DNA of 64,000 bases from Squalus acanthias (Eukaryota). A model generated the notes under the pieces. The model made no database searches, was not told the origin of the DNA, and was given only the letters and a program-made list of their open reading frames with translations. Positions 11,976 through 24,392 of this stretch are shown here, one piece after another. Numbering within the stretch: the stretch's first letter is position 1; each line of letters opens with the position of its first letter. A program made the position numbers and the translations under genes. The stretch covers positions 119,290,001 to 119,354,000 of the forward strand of contig CM059432.1 in assembly GCA_030390025.1 (NCBI GenBank), read 5' to 3'.

Positions 11976-12270
11976 AACGCCTCCCAAACCCGTGACCTCT
12001 ACCACCTAGAAGAACAAGGGCAGCAAGCGCATGGGAACACCACCAACTCCAAGTTCCCCTCCAAGTCACACACCATCCTGACTTGGAAATATATCACCAT
12101 TCTTTCATCGTCGCTGGGTCAAAATCCTGGAACTCCCTCCCTAACAGCACTGTGGGAGTACCTTCACCACACAGACTTCAGCGGTTCAAGAAGGCGGCTC
12201 ACCACCACCTTCTCAAGGGCAATTAGGGATGGGCAATAAATGCTGGCCTTGGCCATGAACGAATAAAAAA
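11976..12270 (+). mobile_element. CR1-clade family B 3' tail
   Basis: Matches the 3' ends at 30370-30455, 32300-32480 and 51310-51620 (GGGTCAAAATCCTGGAACTCCCT..GGGCAATAAATGCTGGCC). Confidence 0.8.
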
Positions 12271-12271
12271 A

Positions 12272-12495
12272 AAAGAAAATGCTGGAAATACTCAACAGGT
12301 CAGGCGACATCAGTGGCGAGAGAAACAGAGTTAGCATTTCAGTTCGATGACTTTTCATGAGAACATTCATTCGGTCATCAACCTGATGCCTTAACTTTGT
12401 TTCTCTCTCCACAGATGCTGCCAGACCTGCTGAGTATTTCCAGCACTTTCTGTTTTTATTTCAGATCTCCGGCATCCGCGGTATTTTGATTTTGT
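12272..12495. mobile_element. Second copy of the Penelope-type hairpin family seen at 4906
   Basis: GAAAATGCTGGAAATACTCA...GAGAGAAACAGAGTTA / TAACTTTGTTTCTCTCTCCACAGATGCTG...TATTTCCAGCA; more diverged. Confidence 0.7.
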
Positions 12496-13520
12496 TTTAG
12501 TTAATGTAATTTGCTTCTTTGTAATACTATAGCGTAAACATTGGCCGGAATTTTCTGGGGTCCATGCGGGCGCGATCGGAGGCGGGTTAGGTGGGAAATT
12601 TCAAAAAAATCGGTGCAGGTCAAATGCAGGATCCCACCGTCATCCCGCCCCCCAATCGCCTTTCCCTCGGGCGCGTTTGCCAGTGCGGCAGCAACCCATC
12701 CGGCAGAGGCGGCTGACCTAATTGAAATTATTATCAGCTTGTTGTCAGACACTTAAGAGCCGTTTTATCCCTACCTTTCAAATTTCCCTGCATGGCCACA
12801 GGATTCACGCAGCTTGGGAACCACGTCTATCAACCTGAGGCGGGAGTTGAGTGGCCATTGCTCCAGCTGATTACTTGACAGCATCAAATGTAGTTTGAAA
12901 GCTCCCACCTGACAGATCATCACTTTCCTCAGGCAGAAACTGTTGCTGACTACATTGCCAGCACAGATTTAACTTTCTACAGGCTGCAAGTGTTTCCAGA
13001 AAAGTCACCATCGAGTGTCCCTCATTGGAAGAACCTCTCACACCATTGACAGATTGCTTCTGTCATCTCTACTTGACCTGCCATCTATTCCATCAACATG
13101 GCTGCTGTTTATACTGTCTCGCCTTGGTCCTCAGAATCGGACCATGATCAGCCCCAACACCAGCAGCACCAGGCACACCAGCAGCACCAACAACGACACT
13201 ACTAACCTTCTCCACAATCACCTGATGCTGCACAGGACAGAGGGCATCAGCACCCGAGCACATTGATGCCTGGGAGGCCAGGGATGGCCTCATCATGGCC
13301 AGATTTACTTAACTTTACGCTGTACACCTATATGGCTGCCACATGCTGCGCCAGGTTGGCACCACCCCACAGCAACTCCATGAAGGATCCCTACAATGAC
13401 CAAGCCATTCCTTTCACACTGACCACCATTGCTGGAGGTTCCGTTATGTCTGTTGAGATTAACTTATCTCTGGTCTTTCGAATAATCAGGAACAACTGCA
13501 ACCAATATGGTGGGAGTATT

Positions 13521-14306
13521 GGGGGAGTAATTCAGTTGCTTAGCGCCTCCCGTTAGTGCCTCCGGGGGGCGCTAATGGGGCGCTAGGAACTAAGCGCCCG
13601 AACATGGCAATTTTACCTCCGCTCGCGAAATCGACCAGTCGTTTTGTGGCGGTGCTAAACACTACCGCCACGATCTCCGGCGCCCGCAGATCGTGATGTC
13701 AGTCAAGCGTGCAACGCCCCGGTAGCGCCCCAGACCGGATATTGAAGCGCCTGCTGCTAGGAATGACAGGTAGAGGGGAACGTTTTCAAGTCGGGAAGGG
13801 GCTGAGGGAGCGCTATTTAAAGGCGGGCGCTTCCTGCCTTTTCTTGTCAGCAAAATGTTTGGTTTTAATGCTGTCCTAAGGAGTTTTGGCCCTCAGCACC
13901 ACTTTTGAGCTTCCTAAGTGCCGAGCTCTTTCTGTGGGCCTAGCCATTAGTGCTTCCAGCACAATTGCTTTCGAGGTCTCTCCAGGCCGAGAGTCAAGGC
14001 TGCAATGAGCAGGGAGTGCATGGCCAGCAAGATGGCCCCTCCCCTTTAAGAACTGGACGGCGCCAGTCTGTCTGGCTTCCATGGTAATTGGCATCGCCTG
14101 AGCTTCGGTAGCGTTCTGAGGTAACGCCTCGCTCCCTGACGTTTGCACCTTAAGAGAGGTATGTAGCGCCTGATTTAACGCTCAAATCAACTCCGGGGTG
14201 ATAGAGGCGAATTTTGCAGTCAGAGGCGATAATTAGCGCCGGGCGCTAAACTTTGCGCCCGGCCGATATTAGCGCTCCAAAATGGGCAATACCGAATTTT
14301 TCCCCC
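13521..14306. mobile_element. Harbinger MITE (type A)
   Basis: TIR GGGGGAGTAATTC / GAATTTTTCCCCC; TSD ATT; both halves match the ends of 16620-20988. Confidence 0.9.
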
Positions 14307-15017
14307 ATTGTGTTTAATCGGCAGTTAAGGCAGAATATAACACACTAGTTATACAGCAAAAACATACAACCATGACAATCATAGAATCATAGATTGATAC
14401 GTCACAGAAGGAGGCCATTCGGCCCATTGAGTCCGTGCCGGCTCTCTGTAGAGCAATCCAGTCAGTCCGGTCCCCCGCTCTATCCCCGTAGCCTAGAAAG
14501 TTTATTTCCCTCAAGTGCCTATCCAGTCTCCCCTTGAAAACATGGAGTGTCTCCGCTTCCACCACTTCCGTCGGTAGCGAATTCCAGGTCACCACCACTC
14601 GCTGCGTAAAAAGGTTTCTCCTCACGTCCCCCCTGTATCTCTTGCCCAAAACCTTAAATCTGTGTCCCCTAGTCCATGTACCATCAACTAGTGGGAACAG
14701 CCTTTCCTTGTCTAGCCGATCCAAACCCATCATAATCTTGTACACCTCTATCAAATCACCCCTCAACCTCCTTTGCTCTAATGAAAACAAATCAAGCTTC
14801 TCCAACCTTTCTTTGTAGCTAAGATCCCCCATCCCCGGAACCATTCTGGTAAATCTCCGCTGCACCCTCTCAAGGGCCTTCACATTCTTCCTAAAGTGTG
14901 ATGACCAGAACTGGACGCAATACTCCAGTTGTGGCCTAACCAGCGCTTTATAAAGGATCAGCATAAGTTCTCTACTTTTGGATTCAATACCTCTATTTAT
15001 GAAGCCCAAGATCCCAT

Positions 15018-15912
15018 GGGGGAAAAATTCAGTTGATTGCGCCTCCCGTTAGCGCCTTAAGAGGGCGCTAATGGGGCGCAAAGCAACTAGCGCCCGGGCG
15101 AGGCGAAGTTTGCACCGCTCGCGAAATTAACTAGACATTTTGCGGCGGCGCTAAACACTACCACCACGATCTCCTGTGCTGGCAGATCGTGACGTCAGTC
15201 GAGTGCGCAATGCCCCGGTATCGCCCCGGAGCGGATATTGAGTGGCGCCCCCTGCCTTACCGCCTGACGCTAGCAACGACAAGTTGAGGGGAGCATTCTG
15301 CAGTCATGAAGGGAAAGGGGGAGCGCTATTTAAAGGTGACCGCTTCCTGCCTTTTATTGTTGGTGCCATTTTTGAACTATGCATTCTGAGCGAGAGAGGG
15401 AGAGAGACTTCTGGAGAGATTCAATGCTGTGTGAAGGAGTTTTGGGTTCGGAGCAGCACTTTGCAGGTTCATTTTGATTTGCCATTCCTTGTATCGATTT
15501 AGAAGAGACTGTGGGGGCTGCACTCTGAGCTCTTTGCCTGGTACTCTCCATTGTTCTTTCCAGCAGATTTGATGTGCAGGTCTCTCCAGGCCGAGATTCA
15601 AGGCTGCAATGAGCAGGATGTGGATGGAAAGCAAGATTAACCATCCCCTTTAAGAACTGGCCCGTGCCATTGTGTGTGTGTTTCATTGCTGACTGACATT
15701 ACATGAGCTTCGCCAGCGCTCTGGGGTAGCGCCTCGCTCCTCGGCCTTTGCGCCTTAAGACAGGTGTGAAGCGCCTGATTTAGCGCTCCAATCATCTCCA
15801 GGGGCGATAAAAGTCAAGTTTTCAGTTGGTGGCGATAATTAGCGACAGGCGCTAATCTTTGCGCCCGGCCGATAATTGCGCCCCAACTGGGGCGATACTG
15901 AATTTCTCCCCC
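15018..15912. mobile_element. Harbinger MITE (type A)
   Basis: TIR GGGGGAAAAATTCAGT / ACTGAATTTCTCCCCC; TSD CAT; interrupts CR1. Confidence 0.92.
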
Positions 15913-17124
15913 CATATGTTTTGTCAACCACGCTCTCAATATGTCCTGCCACCTTCAGGGACCTATGCACATTAACTCCTAGGTCCCTCTCTCCCTGCAC
16001 ACTCTTTAATACTGTGCCATTAAGTGTATATTGCCTCTCCCTGTTCCTTCTGCCAAAATGCATCACTTCACCCTTCTCTGTATTAAATTCCATCTGCCAC
16101 TTGTCTGCCCATTCTGCTAGCCTTTCTATATCCTGCTGCAGTCGATTGGTATCATCCTCACTGTTTGCCACACCCCCAAGTTTGGTGTCATCGGCAAATT
16201 TAGAAAGTCTACTCTGTATTCCAATATCCAGGCCATTTATATATATCAAAAAAAGCAGTGGCCCCAGCACTGACCCTTGGGGAACACCACCTTCCTCCAG
16301 TCTGAAAAACAGCTATTTACCACAACTCGCTGTTTTCTGTCCTTAAGCCAATTCCTTATCTAAGCTGCCACTGACCCACCTATTCCATGAGTTTCAATTT
16401 TGTTAACCAGCTTTGTGGTAATTTGTCAAACGCCTTCTGAAAATCCATGTAGACAACATCCATTGCATTCCCTTCATCAATCCTCTCTGTTACTTCATCA
16501 AAAAATTCAATTAGATTAGTCAAACATGATCTGCCTTTTACAGATCCGTGTTGGCTCTCCTTAATTAGCTTAAATCTCTCCAAGTGCCCGTTAATTTTTT
16601 CTTTGATTATTGTTTCTAAGGGGTAAAAATTCAGTTGGTTGCGCCTCCCGTTAGCGCCTTAAATGGGCGCTAATGGGGCGTTAAGGCGCTAACGCCCGGG
16701 CTGTTTGCGCCGCTCGAGAACTTAACTTGAGATTGTGCGGCGGCGCTAAAACTTACCGCTGCGACCACCTGCGCGCGCAGATTGTGATGTCATTCCGTGG
16801 TGCAACGCCCTTGGGGCGCCCCGGAGCGGAAATTGAGTGGCGCCCCCTGCCTTACCGCCTGGCGCTTCCAACGACCGGAAGACTGGAACGTTATCAATCG
16901 GTGTGGGGCTGGGGGGGGCGCTATTTAAAGGGGGCCTCTTCCTGTCTTTTTCTGTGGTCGACATTTATGCACCACTCGTTCTGAGAGAGAGAGAGAGATT
17001 CGGAGAGAGAGAGAGAGAGACTTCTACATTGACTCAACGCTTTGTGAGGTAGTTTTGCCTAGTTCATCCTAACTTTGCTGCTACTTTCGTTGCTGTACCT
17101 CATTACTTTTCTGGCAAAGAGAAT

Positions 17125-18285
17125 ATGGGGGCTGCAATGATTGGGGGCGTCGTCCTGCTCCAGCTCAATCGGAGGAGAGTGAGACGCAGACAGAGAGTGG
17201 CAATGATGGCCAGACGGAGGAGGCCCATCAGGCGCATGTACAGGAGAGCTTACCCTCCCAGGGTATATCGTGAACAGCTCTCCTACATCCACATGTCCGA
17301 GGAGCTGTGTTTGCGAAGGCTGCGATTCAGCAAGGAGGTGGTCACTGAGCTCTGCCACCTGCTGCAGCCAGATCTGCAGCCTCAGCTGAGGTCCAGGACG
17401 TCTCTGTCGGTGGCAGTGAAGGTCACAGTGGCTTTGAACTTCTACGCCACTGGCTCATTCCAAGCTGCTGTTGGGGACCTCGCCAATATCTCCCAGTTTG
17501 CGGTGCATCGCTGCATCCGGCAGGTCACCAATGCCCTCTTCACAAGGAGACGAGACTTCATCTCCTTCCCTATGACCCCAGACAAGCAGCATGACCGTGC
17601 TATGGGCTTTGCGAGGGTAGCGGGCTTCCCCATGGTGCAGGGCGCCATTGACTGCACGCATGTGGCTTTGCGTGCTCCGCGAGAGAATGCAGAGGAGTTC
17701 CGGAACAGAAAGGGGTTCCATTCCTTGAATGTGCAGTTGGTCTGTGACCACAGACAGGTGATTCTCGCTGTCAATGCCCACTATCCGGGCAGCTGCCACG
17801 ATGCTTTCATCCTGCGCCAGAGTACTGTGGCAGAAATTTTCGAGGCACCGCATCAGCCAGTTGGTTGGCTTCTGGGGGACAAGGGGTACGCATTGAGCAC
17901 CTGGCTGATGACACCGCTCCGTGCGCCAAACACCCCTGCTGAGCTGCGGTACCAGGAAAGCCAACAAGCAACGAGGAACATTATTGAGCGCACAATCGGC
18001 GTGCTCAAACAACGATTCCGCTGTCTGGACCATTCCGGAGGAGCCCTGTAGTACTCGCCTGAGCAAGTTTCCAAATTCGTAGTGGTGTGCTGCATGTTGC
18101 ACAACATGGCAATCCTCAGGACGCAGCCAATGCCACCAGGCCTTGCAGCATCACAAGAGGAGGAGGAGGAAGAGGAGGAACAGGCCGAGGACGATGATCA
18201 GCAGCAGCACCAAGGCAGGAGGGCGGCCCACAATGGTCAAACTGCAAGGGCCGTCCGTCAACGACTAATAGCAAGCCGCTTCTAG
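17125..18285 (+). pseudogene. Harbinger DDE transposase (HARBI1-like) with one premature TAG at 18049-18051
   Basis: GAIDCTH, FRNRKGFHSLNVQLVCD, PGSCHDAFIL, WLLGDKGY, IERTIGVLKQRFRCL; the TAG replaces the CAG (Gln) of copy 2 and the frame continues to 18285. Confidence 0.93.
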
Positions 18286-18579
18286 GGCCCCTGCCAGTGC
18301 TACAAACACGAATCAACCCAGCACGCAACCCCTAAGCCGGCCAAGGCACCAATAATTCCAACCACCAGCCATGTATATTTTGAATACAGAAACTTATTTA
18401 TTGTACAAACTCTGTGTGTGTCAATTCCTCATGACAAACTCATAGAAATAAACACAAAAAAACAGTCAATAACATAACTGGTTCTCACAACCTGGAGATA
18501 ATGTCCAAAACACTAAACAAAAGTTGGGCCATGAACCTCGGCCTTTAATAAAAAAATGACCAGCATTTTGGCACACCTC

Positions 18580-20631
18580 CTACTTTTTGCCCTTCGAGGG
18601 TGACCTCCTTCCCTTGCGCACTTCCCCCCTTCTAACCCTACTGCTCCTCCGTAATGGGACCTCAGTGGCTGCAGCAAGGCTGGTGGAAGGCTGCTGCTTG
18701 TCAGACCCTGACACTGCAGATGCCCCTGAAGGACGGCCTCGACCACTTCTGGGCCTGGAGGGCCCGGCTGCAGACTGCACCAACTCTGCATGGGCGGCAG
18801 CAGTCTGTCCTACAGGCGGTGGCAAGTGCAGTGGAGAAGTGACAGTGTTGGCAGCAGGAATGCTGTCATCGTGAGAGAGGACAGCAACTCCCTGCTCGCC
18901 CGACACACTGGCACTCCCACGGGGCAGCACTTCAGCATCCGGAGCAATTTGCCGGAGAACAGATTGCTGGCCTGCTGCGGCGCGGTGACAGCCCCGGGGA
19001 CATGTGCACGAACCATCGAGGATGGCAGCAGTCAGTGCTCGCGTGGCCTCAATCTGAGTCTGCATGAGAGCAGGCTCAGATGGGTTCCTGGCAGCCAGTG
19101 ACTGAATTGCAGCAGTAAGCTTTAGTGTGGCATCCGCCTGTGCTACAGCGAAGTGCTCCACACTCCTTGCCAGTGCCTCAATGCATTCGGGCACCCTTCC
19201 CACTGCACCCATGAGCTCAGTGTGCATGACCACCACCTGGCTGTTCATTTCTGCAATCAGCCGCTCCTCCTCTGCGTCCATTGCATTAGGAGTGTCTGGC
19301 ATACTCTCCCTCTGGGGAGAAGGCTCCCGTTCTTCCCTCCCCCCCCCCATGGCGTTGCTGCAGCCCGCTGGGTCCTGGAACTTCACCATCATCAGCCCCT
19401 TCCCCCCTGCTCCCCCGTTCTTCCCTCCCCCCCCCATGGCGTTGCTGCAGCCCGCTGGGTCCTGGAACTTCACCATCATCAGCCCCTTCCCCCCTGCTCC
19501 CCCGTTCTTCCCTCCCCCCCCCATGGCGTTGCTGCAGCCCGCTGGGTCCTGGAACTTCACCATCATCAGCCCCTTCCCCCCTGCTCCCCTCCGGGGAAGG
19601 CGTGTTCCCAGTGTGGCCATGGGCTTCCTCGGGAGAGGGTGGCACTGATGCTCTGGCTTCCTCTTCCTCCTCAGCTGCAGCATCACTCCCAGTGGCAGCT
19701 TCAGGGACCATATCCTCAGCTGGTGAATCACCATCTGAAAGCAGGGAGGTACAAGAGTGGCTTTAGCGTGAGGACAGGGTGGCAGTAAGGGAGGAATAAG
19801 TGCAGCGAGTTAGCAAGTTGGATTGAAAGTGTCAAAGGCTGGTATTGTGAGGGACAAGTGGAAGGACAGAGGACAAAAAGGTGATAACCTTACCATTGCT
19901 GTCCACAACGGGGTCGGCGTCTCCAGTGGCGACGGGACCGATCACCCGGCTTGCCACAATCCTGTGGACGCGCTCCTCCAGATCGCTGAGGGGTTGCAGC
20001 TGAAGCCGCCCTCCACCCGTCCGTTGCTGCTGTCTCCGATTATGAGCCAGCTTAGCCTGCAAGAAAAAGGACAGCATCTGAGTCAATATACAGCCATGGT
20101 CTTGCCTGATGTGCCTCCCATAGGTGAATAGCCCTTACTGTATGCAGCCATGGTCTTGCCTGATGTGCCTCCCATAGGTGAATAGCCCTTACTGTATGCA
20201 GCCATGGTCTTGCCTGATGTGCCTCCCATAGGTGAATAGCCCTTACTGTATGCAAAGTGTGGAATGTGTGTGTGTGTTTGATGAAAGGGCCATAGGTGTT
20301 GCATGAGTGTTGTGCATTGGGGTTTTAAGACCCTCTGGCCATAGAGTGAGGTTGAGATGGAGGGATGGAGAGGTATTGAGAAAAAGCCACTCACCCTGAC
20401 GACCCGAGTGAGGTCGTTGAACTTTTTGCGGCACTGTACATGGGTCCTGGGCACCATGCTCCTGGAGGAGACGCTCTGAGCCACCTCCCTCCACACTCTT
20501 CTGAACTCGCGTGGCAAAGGCCTCCTGCCACTCTCCGGGAACAGCATGCATCGTCTGCGCTCCACTGCGTCAACCAGAGCATCCAAGGCCCGCTCGGTGA
20601 AGCGATGAGCGCGTTCTCTCACCCTCTCCAT
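18580..20631 (-). CDS. Harbinger Myb/SANT DNA-binding protein, exons 20631-20395, 20056-19894, 19734-18580; +1 frameshift in a G10 run near 19340
   Basis: RFTERALDALVDAVERRRCMLFP..WREVAQSVSS..RTHVQCRKKFNDL; GT-AG introns of phase 0 and 1; the run is G10 versus G9 in the sibling repeat units. Confidence 0.8.
19325..19590. repeat. 87-bp (29-codon) tandem repeat x3 in Myb exon 3
   Basis: CAT ends at 19350, 19437 and 19524; a single unit in copy 2. Confidence 0.9.
20091..20254. repeat. 54-bp tandem repeat x3 in Myb intron 1
   Basis: CAGCCATGGTCTTGCCTGATG starts at 20091, 20145 and 20199. Confidence 0.92.
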
Positions 20632-21264
20632 GCTTGGCAGCAAAATGGATTACAGGTCTCTCCAGGCTGAGATTCAAGGCTGCAATGAGCAGGGTGTGGC
20701 TGGGGAGCAAGTGGCCCCCCCCGCTTTAAGAAGTGTCCGGCGCCAGTGTGTCTGTGTTCCCTCGCTAACTGGCAGCAGCTGCGCTGCGCTCGTGCGCTGA
20801 GTTAGCGCCTCACTCCTAGGCCTTTGCGCCTTAAGAGAGGTGTGCAGCGCCTAATTTAGCGCTCCACTCACCTCCCGGGGCGGTAAAAGTGAAGTTTCCT
20901 GTCAGTGCCGATAATTAGCGCCAGGCGCTAATATTTGCGCGCGGACGATATTTGCGCCCCAAATGGGGCGCGACCTAATTTCTACCCCTAAGCCTTTATC
21001 CACCACTGATGTTAGACTGACTGGCCTGTAGCTACTAGGATTGTCCTTACACCCTTTCTTGAACAATGGTGTCACATTTGCCACTTTCCAATCCTCAGGC
21101 ACCTCCCCCGCATCGAGGGAAGATTGGAAAATTATGGCAAGCCCTTCCGCTATCTCCTCCCCCAATTCCCTTAGCAACCTGGGATGCAAGCCATCTGGAC
21201 CAGGTGACTTGACCACACTAAGCATACCCAGCCTTTCTAGTACAAGTAGCAAATACCTGCCCCG

Positions 21265-21375
21265 ATCATAGAAACTAGGAGCAGGAGTAGGCCATTCGGC
21301 CCGTCGAGCCTGCTCCACCATTCAATACGATCATGGCTGATCATCCAAATCCAGTACCCTGTCCCTGCTTTCTCA
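21265..21375 (-). mobile_element. CR1 3' UTR fragment
   Basis: Reverse complement of the CR1 tail at 23630-23718 (GATCAGCCATGATC..GAATGGCCTACTCCTGCTCCTA). Confidence 0.75.
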
Positions 21376-21658
21376 CACAGAATCCTCATCGAGCCTGCAC
21401 TGACACATATCCCACCCTATCCCTGTAGCCCCACATATTTAATCCCCCCCTAACACTAAGGGTCAATTTATCATAGCCAAATCAAGCTAACCCGCACATT
21501 TTTGGACTGTTGGAGGAAACCGGAGCACCCGGAGGAAACCCACGCAGACACGGGGAGAATGTGCAAACTCCACACAGACAGTCACCCGAGGCCAGATTCG
21601 AACCCGGGTCTCTGGCGCTGTGAGGCACCAGTGCTAACCACTATGCCACCGTGTTGCC
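21376..21658 (-). mobile_element. HE1-like V-SINE
   Basis: Minus strand has the tRNA head GGCAACACGGTGGCATAGTGGTTAGCACTG..GGTTCGAATC and the V domain GTGTGGAGTTTGCACATTCTCCCCGTGTCTGCGTGGGTTTCCTCCGGGTGCTCCGGTTTCCTCC. Confidence 0.88.
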
Positions 21659-21937
21659 ACAGACGGCTGGCGTGCGCGAACAGCTCCTCTTCTCTCTCTC
21701 GCTTCTTGAACTACCCAAGAGTGTTCAACTGAAGTCAGCATGGATCCACCCTCAGGAGCTCTCCACTCCACCATCTGCCCTGTAGGCTTTTCAGGTCTTT
21801 CTTTTATACTCTTTTTAGGAGTGGACTTGCGGTAGAATATGCTGAGGATGATTTTCCCCTTATCTCATCCAGCACTGTCCTTGCAAGTTTGGAGTCAGAC
21901 ATACCATTCTTGGCCTTCAGATGTTTGTAGCTGCTTG

Positions 21938-23718
21938 TCAGAAATGGGAGAATTTATAATGGGGAACAAGGAAATGGCAGAGCAATTAAACAAATATTTT
22001 GGTTCTGTCTTCACGGTAGAGGACACAAATAACTTCCCAGAAATGCTAAGGAACCAAAGGTCTAGTGAGAAGGAGGAATTAAAGGAAATTAGTATTAGTA
22101 AAAAAATAGTGCAGGAGAAATTAATGGGACTGAAAGCCGATAAATCCCCAGGGCCTGATAATCTGCATCCCAGGGTATCAAAAGAGGTAGCCATGGAAAT
22201 AGTGGATGCATTGGTTGTCATCTTCCAAAATTCTATAGATTATGCAACAGTTCCTGCAGATTGGAGGGTGGCAAATGTAACCCTACTATTTAAAAAAGGA
22301 GGGAGAGAGAAAACAGGGAACTACAGACCGGTTAGCCTAACATCAGTAGTAGGGAAAATGCTAGAGTCTATTATAAAGGATATAATAACAGGACACTTAG
22401 AAAATATCAACGGGATTAGACAAAGTCAACATGGATTTATGAAAGGGAAATCTTGTTTGACAAACCTACTGGAGTTTTTTGAGGATGTAACTGCTAGAAT
22501 AGATATGGGAGAACCAGTGGATGTTGTGTATTTGGATTTTCAGAAGGCCTTTGATAAAGTCCCACATAAGAGGTTAGTGTGCAAAATTAAAGCACATGGG
22601 ATTGGGGGTAATATACTGGCATGGATTGAAAATTGGTTAACAGACAGGAAACAGAGAGTAGGAATAAATTGATCTTTTCGGGGTGGTAGGCGGTGACTAG
22701 TGGGGTTCCGAATGGATCAGTGCTTGGGTAATCACAATATATATCAATGATTTGGATGAGGGAACCAAATGTAATATTTCCAAGTTTGCTGACGACACGA
22801 AACTAGGTGGGATTGTGAGTTGTGAGGAGGATGCAAAGAGGCTTCAAGGCAATTTAGACAAGTTGAGTGAGTGGGCAAATACATGGCAGGTGCAGTATAA
22901 TGTGGATAAATGTGAAGTTATCCACTTCGGTAGGAAAAACAGAAAGGCAGAATATTATTTAAATGGTGATAGATTGGGAAATGTTGATGTACAAAGGGAC
23001 CTGGGTGTCCTTGTACACCAGTCACTGAAAGCAAACATGCAGGTGCAGCAAGCAGTTAGGAAGGCAAATGGTATGTTGGCCTTCATTGCAAGAGGATTTG
23101 AGTACAGGAGCAAGGATGTCTTACTACAGTTATACAGGGCCTTGGTGAGACCACACCTGGAGTACTGTGTGCAGTTTTGGTCTCCTTACCTAAGAAAGGA
23201 TATACTTGCCATAGAGGGAGTGCAGCGAAGGTTCACCAGACTGATTCCTGGATGGCAGGACTGTCATATGAGGAGAGATTGGGTCGACTAGGCCTGTATT
23301 CACTAGAGTTTAGAAGAATGAGAGGGGATCTCATTGAAATGTATAAAATTCTGACAGGACTAGACAGACTGGATGCAGGGAGGATGTTTCCCCTGGCTGG
23401 GGGGTCGAGAATGAGGGGTCACAGTCTCAGGATACGGGGTAGGACAATTAGGACTGAGATGAGGAGAAATTTCTTCACTCAGAGGGTGGTGAACCTATGG
23501 AATTCTCTACCACAGAAGGCTGTGGCGGCCAAGTCACTGAATATATTAAAGAAGGAGATAGATAGATTTCTAGATGCAAAAGGCGTCAAGGGGTATGGGG
23601 AGAGAGCAGGAATATGGTATTGAGATAGAGGATCAGCCATGATCATATTGAATGGCGGAGCAGGCTTGAAGGGCCGAATGGCCTACTCCTGCTCCTATTT
23701 TTCTATGTTTCTATGTTT
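21938..23718 (+). mobile_element. CR1 LINE, 5'-truncated: RT domain to 3' end with (TTCTATGT)n tail
   Basis: KSPGPDNLHPRV..QHGFMKGKSCLTNL..YLDFQKAFDKVPH..SKFADDTKL..LYSLEFRRMRGDLIE; few lesions. Confidence 0.93.
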
Positions 23719-24392
23719 ATCAGTTATTTGTATTTAAAGCTGTTCATGCAGCTTAGCTGTGCAAACTAACTATTTCATTCCATTACCAGACTATTGTCCA
23801 TGGAATGAATCATTAAATTCCCAAAGGTACCCTCTATTCTATTTTCACACACTGGTTAACTTACACATTTTAACAAGCAGTTTTGTTACACAGTCAAAAT
23901 CCTAACTTAGCATTATAATATGGTTATTAGCAATAATGGAAGAAACATAGGCGTTGGGCCTTGATTGGCCAAATTAAAGATATAGTCAGCAGCCTTCCTT
24001 GCACACAAACAGCAGTCAGCTAGCCTGGGAAGCAACGTCATATGTAACTGCCACTGTGTAGAACGTTATAACATCCACAGAGAACCAAAAACATCGGCAA
24101 ATTTTAAGCTTCTATCCAGCTATTCTAATACTTGTCTGAAGACACTTATCTCAAGCTCTAATACAATCATCTAAACACAATTTTTTGTGTCACAATTTCA
24201 TTCTCATAACCATAAATTTTTAGGTATCCCTAATTTCTAACAGGTCTCACCATTCACTGCAACTCACTAAACCACTTCCAAAGGTGCACGCAAATGTGTC
24301 CAAGACAGAAAAGTGGTGAAAATAAAGAATTTTATGCTTGACAATACATTCACGGAAACTTGCCATTAACATTGACTTAAACACCCAAGTGG

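Larger units (their letters stand above)
16620..20988 (+). mobile_element. Full-length PIF/Harbinger transposon, copy 1
   Basis: TIR GGGGTAAAAATT / AATTTCTACCCC; TSD TAA; convergent transposase and Myb genes. Confidence 0.95.
14378..21255 (-). mobile_element. CR1 LINE ORF2 3' half split into three pieces (14378-15017, 15913-16619, 20989-21255) by two Harbinger insertions
   Basis: KSPGPDGLHPRLLREL..YRPVSLTSVV / QHG..KGRSCLTNLIEFF..MDFQKAFDK / LGPLLFLIYIN..SKFADDTKL / LYKALVRPQLEYCVQFW; sequence is continuous across the TSDs. Confidence 0.92.

Noticed and set aside
6290..23718. CR1 5' half (to 9324) and CR1 3' half (from 21938) as one split element
   Set aside because: They overlap by about 60 nt that differ at many positions, which fits two separate copies better
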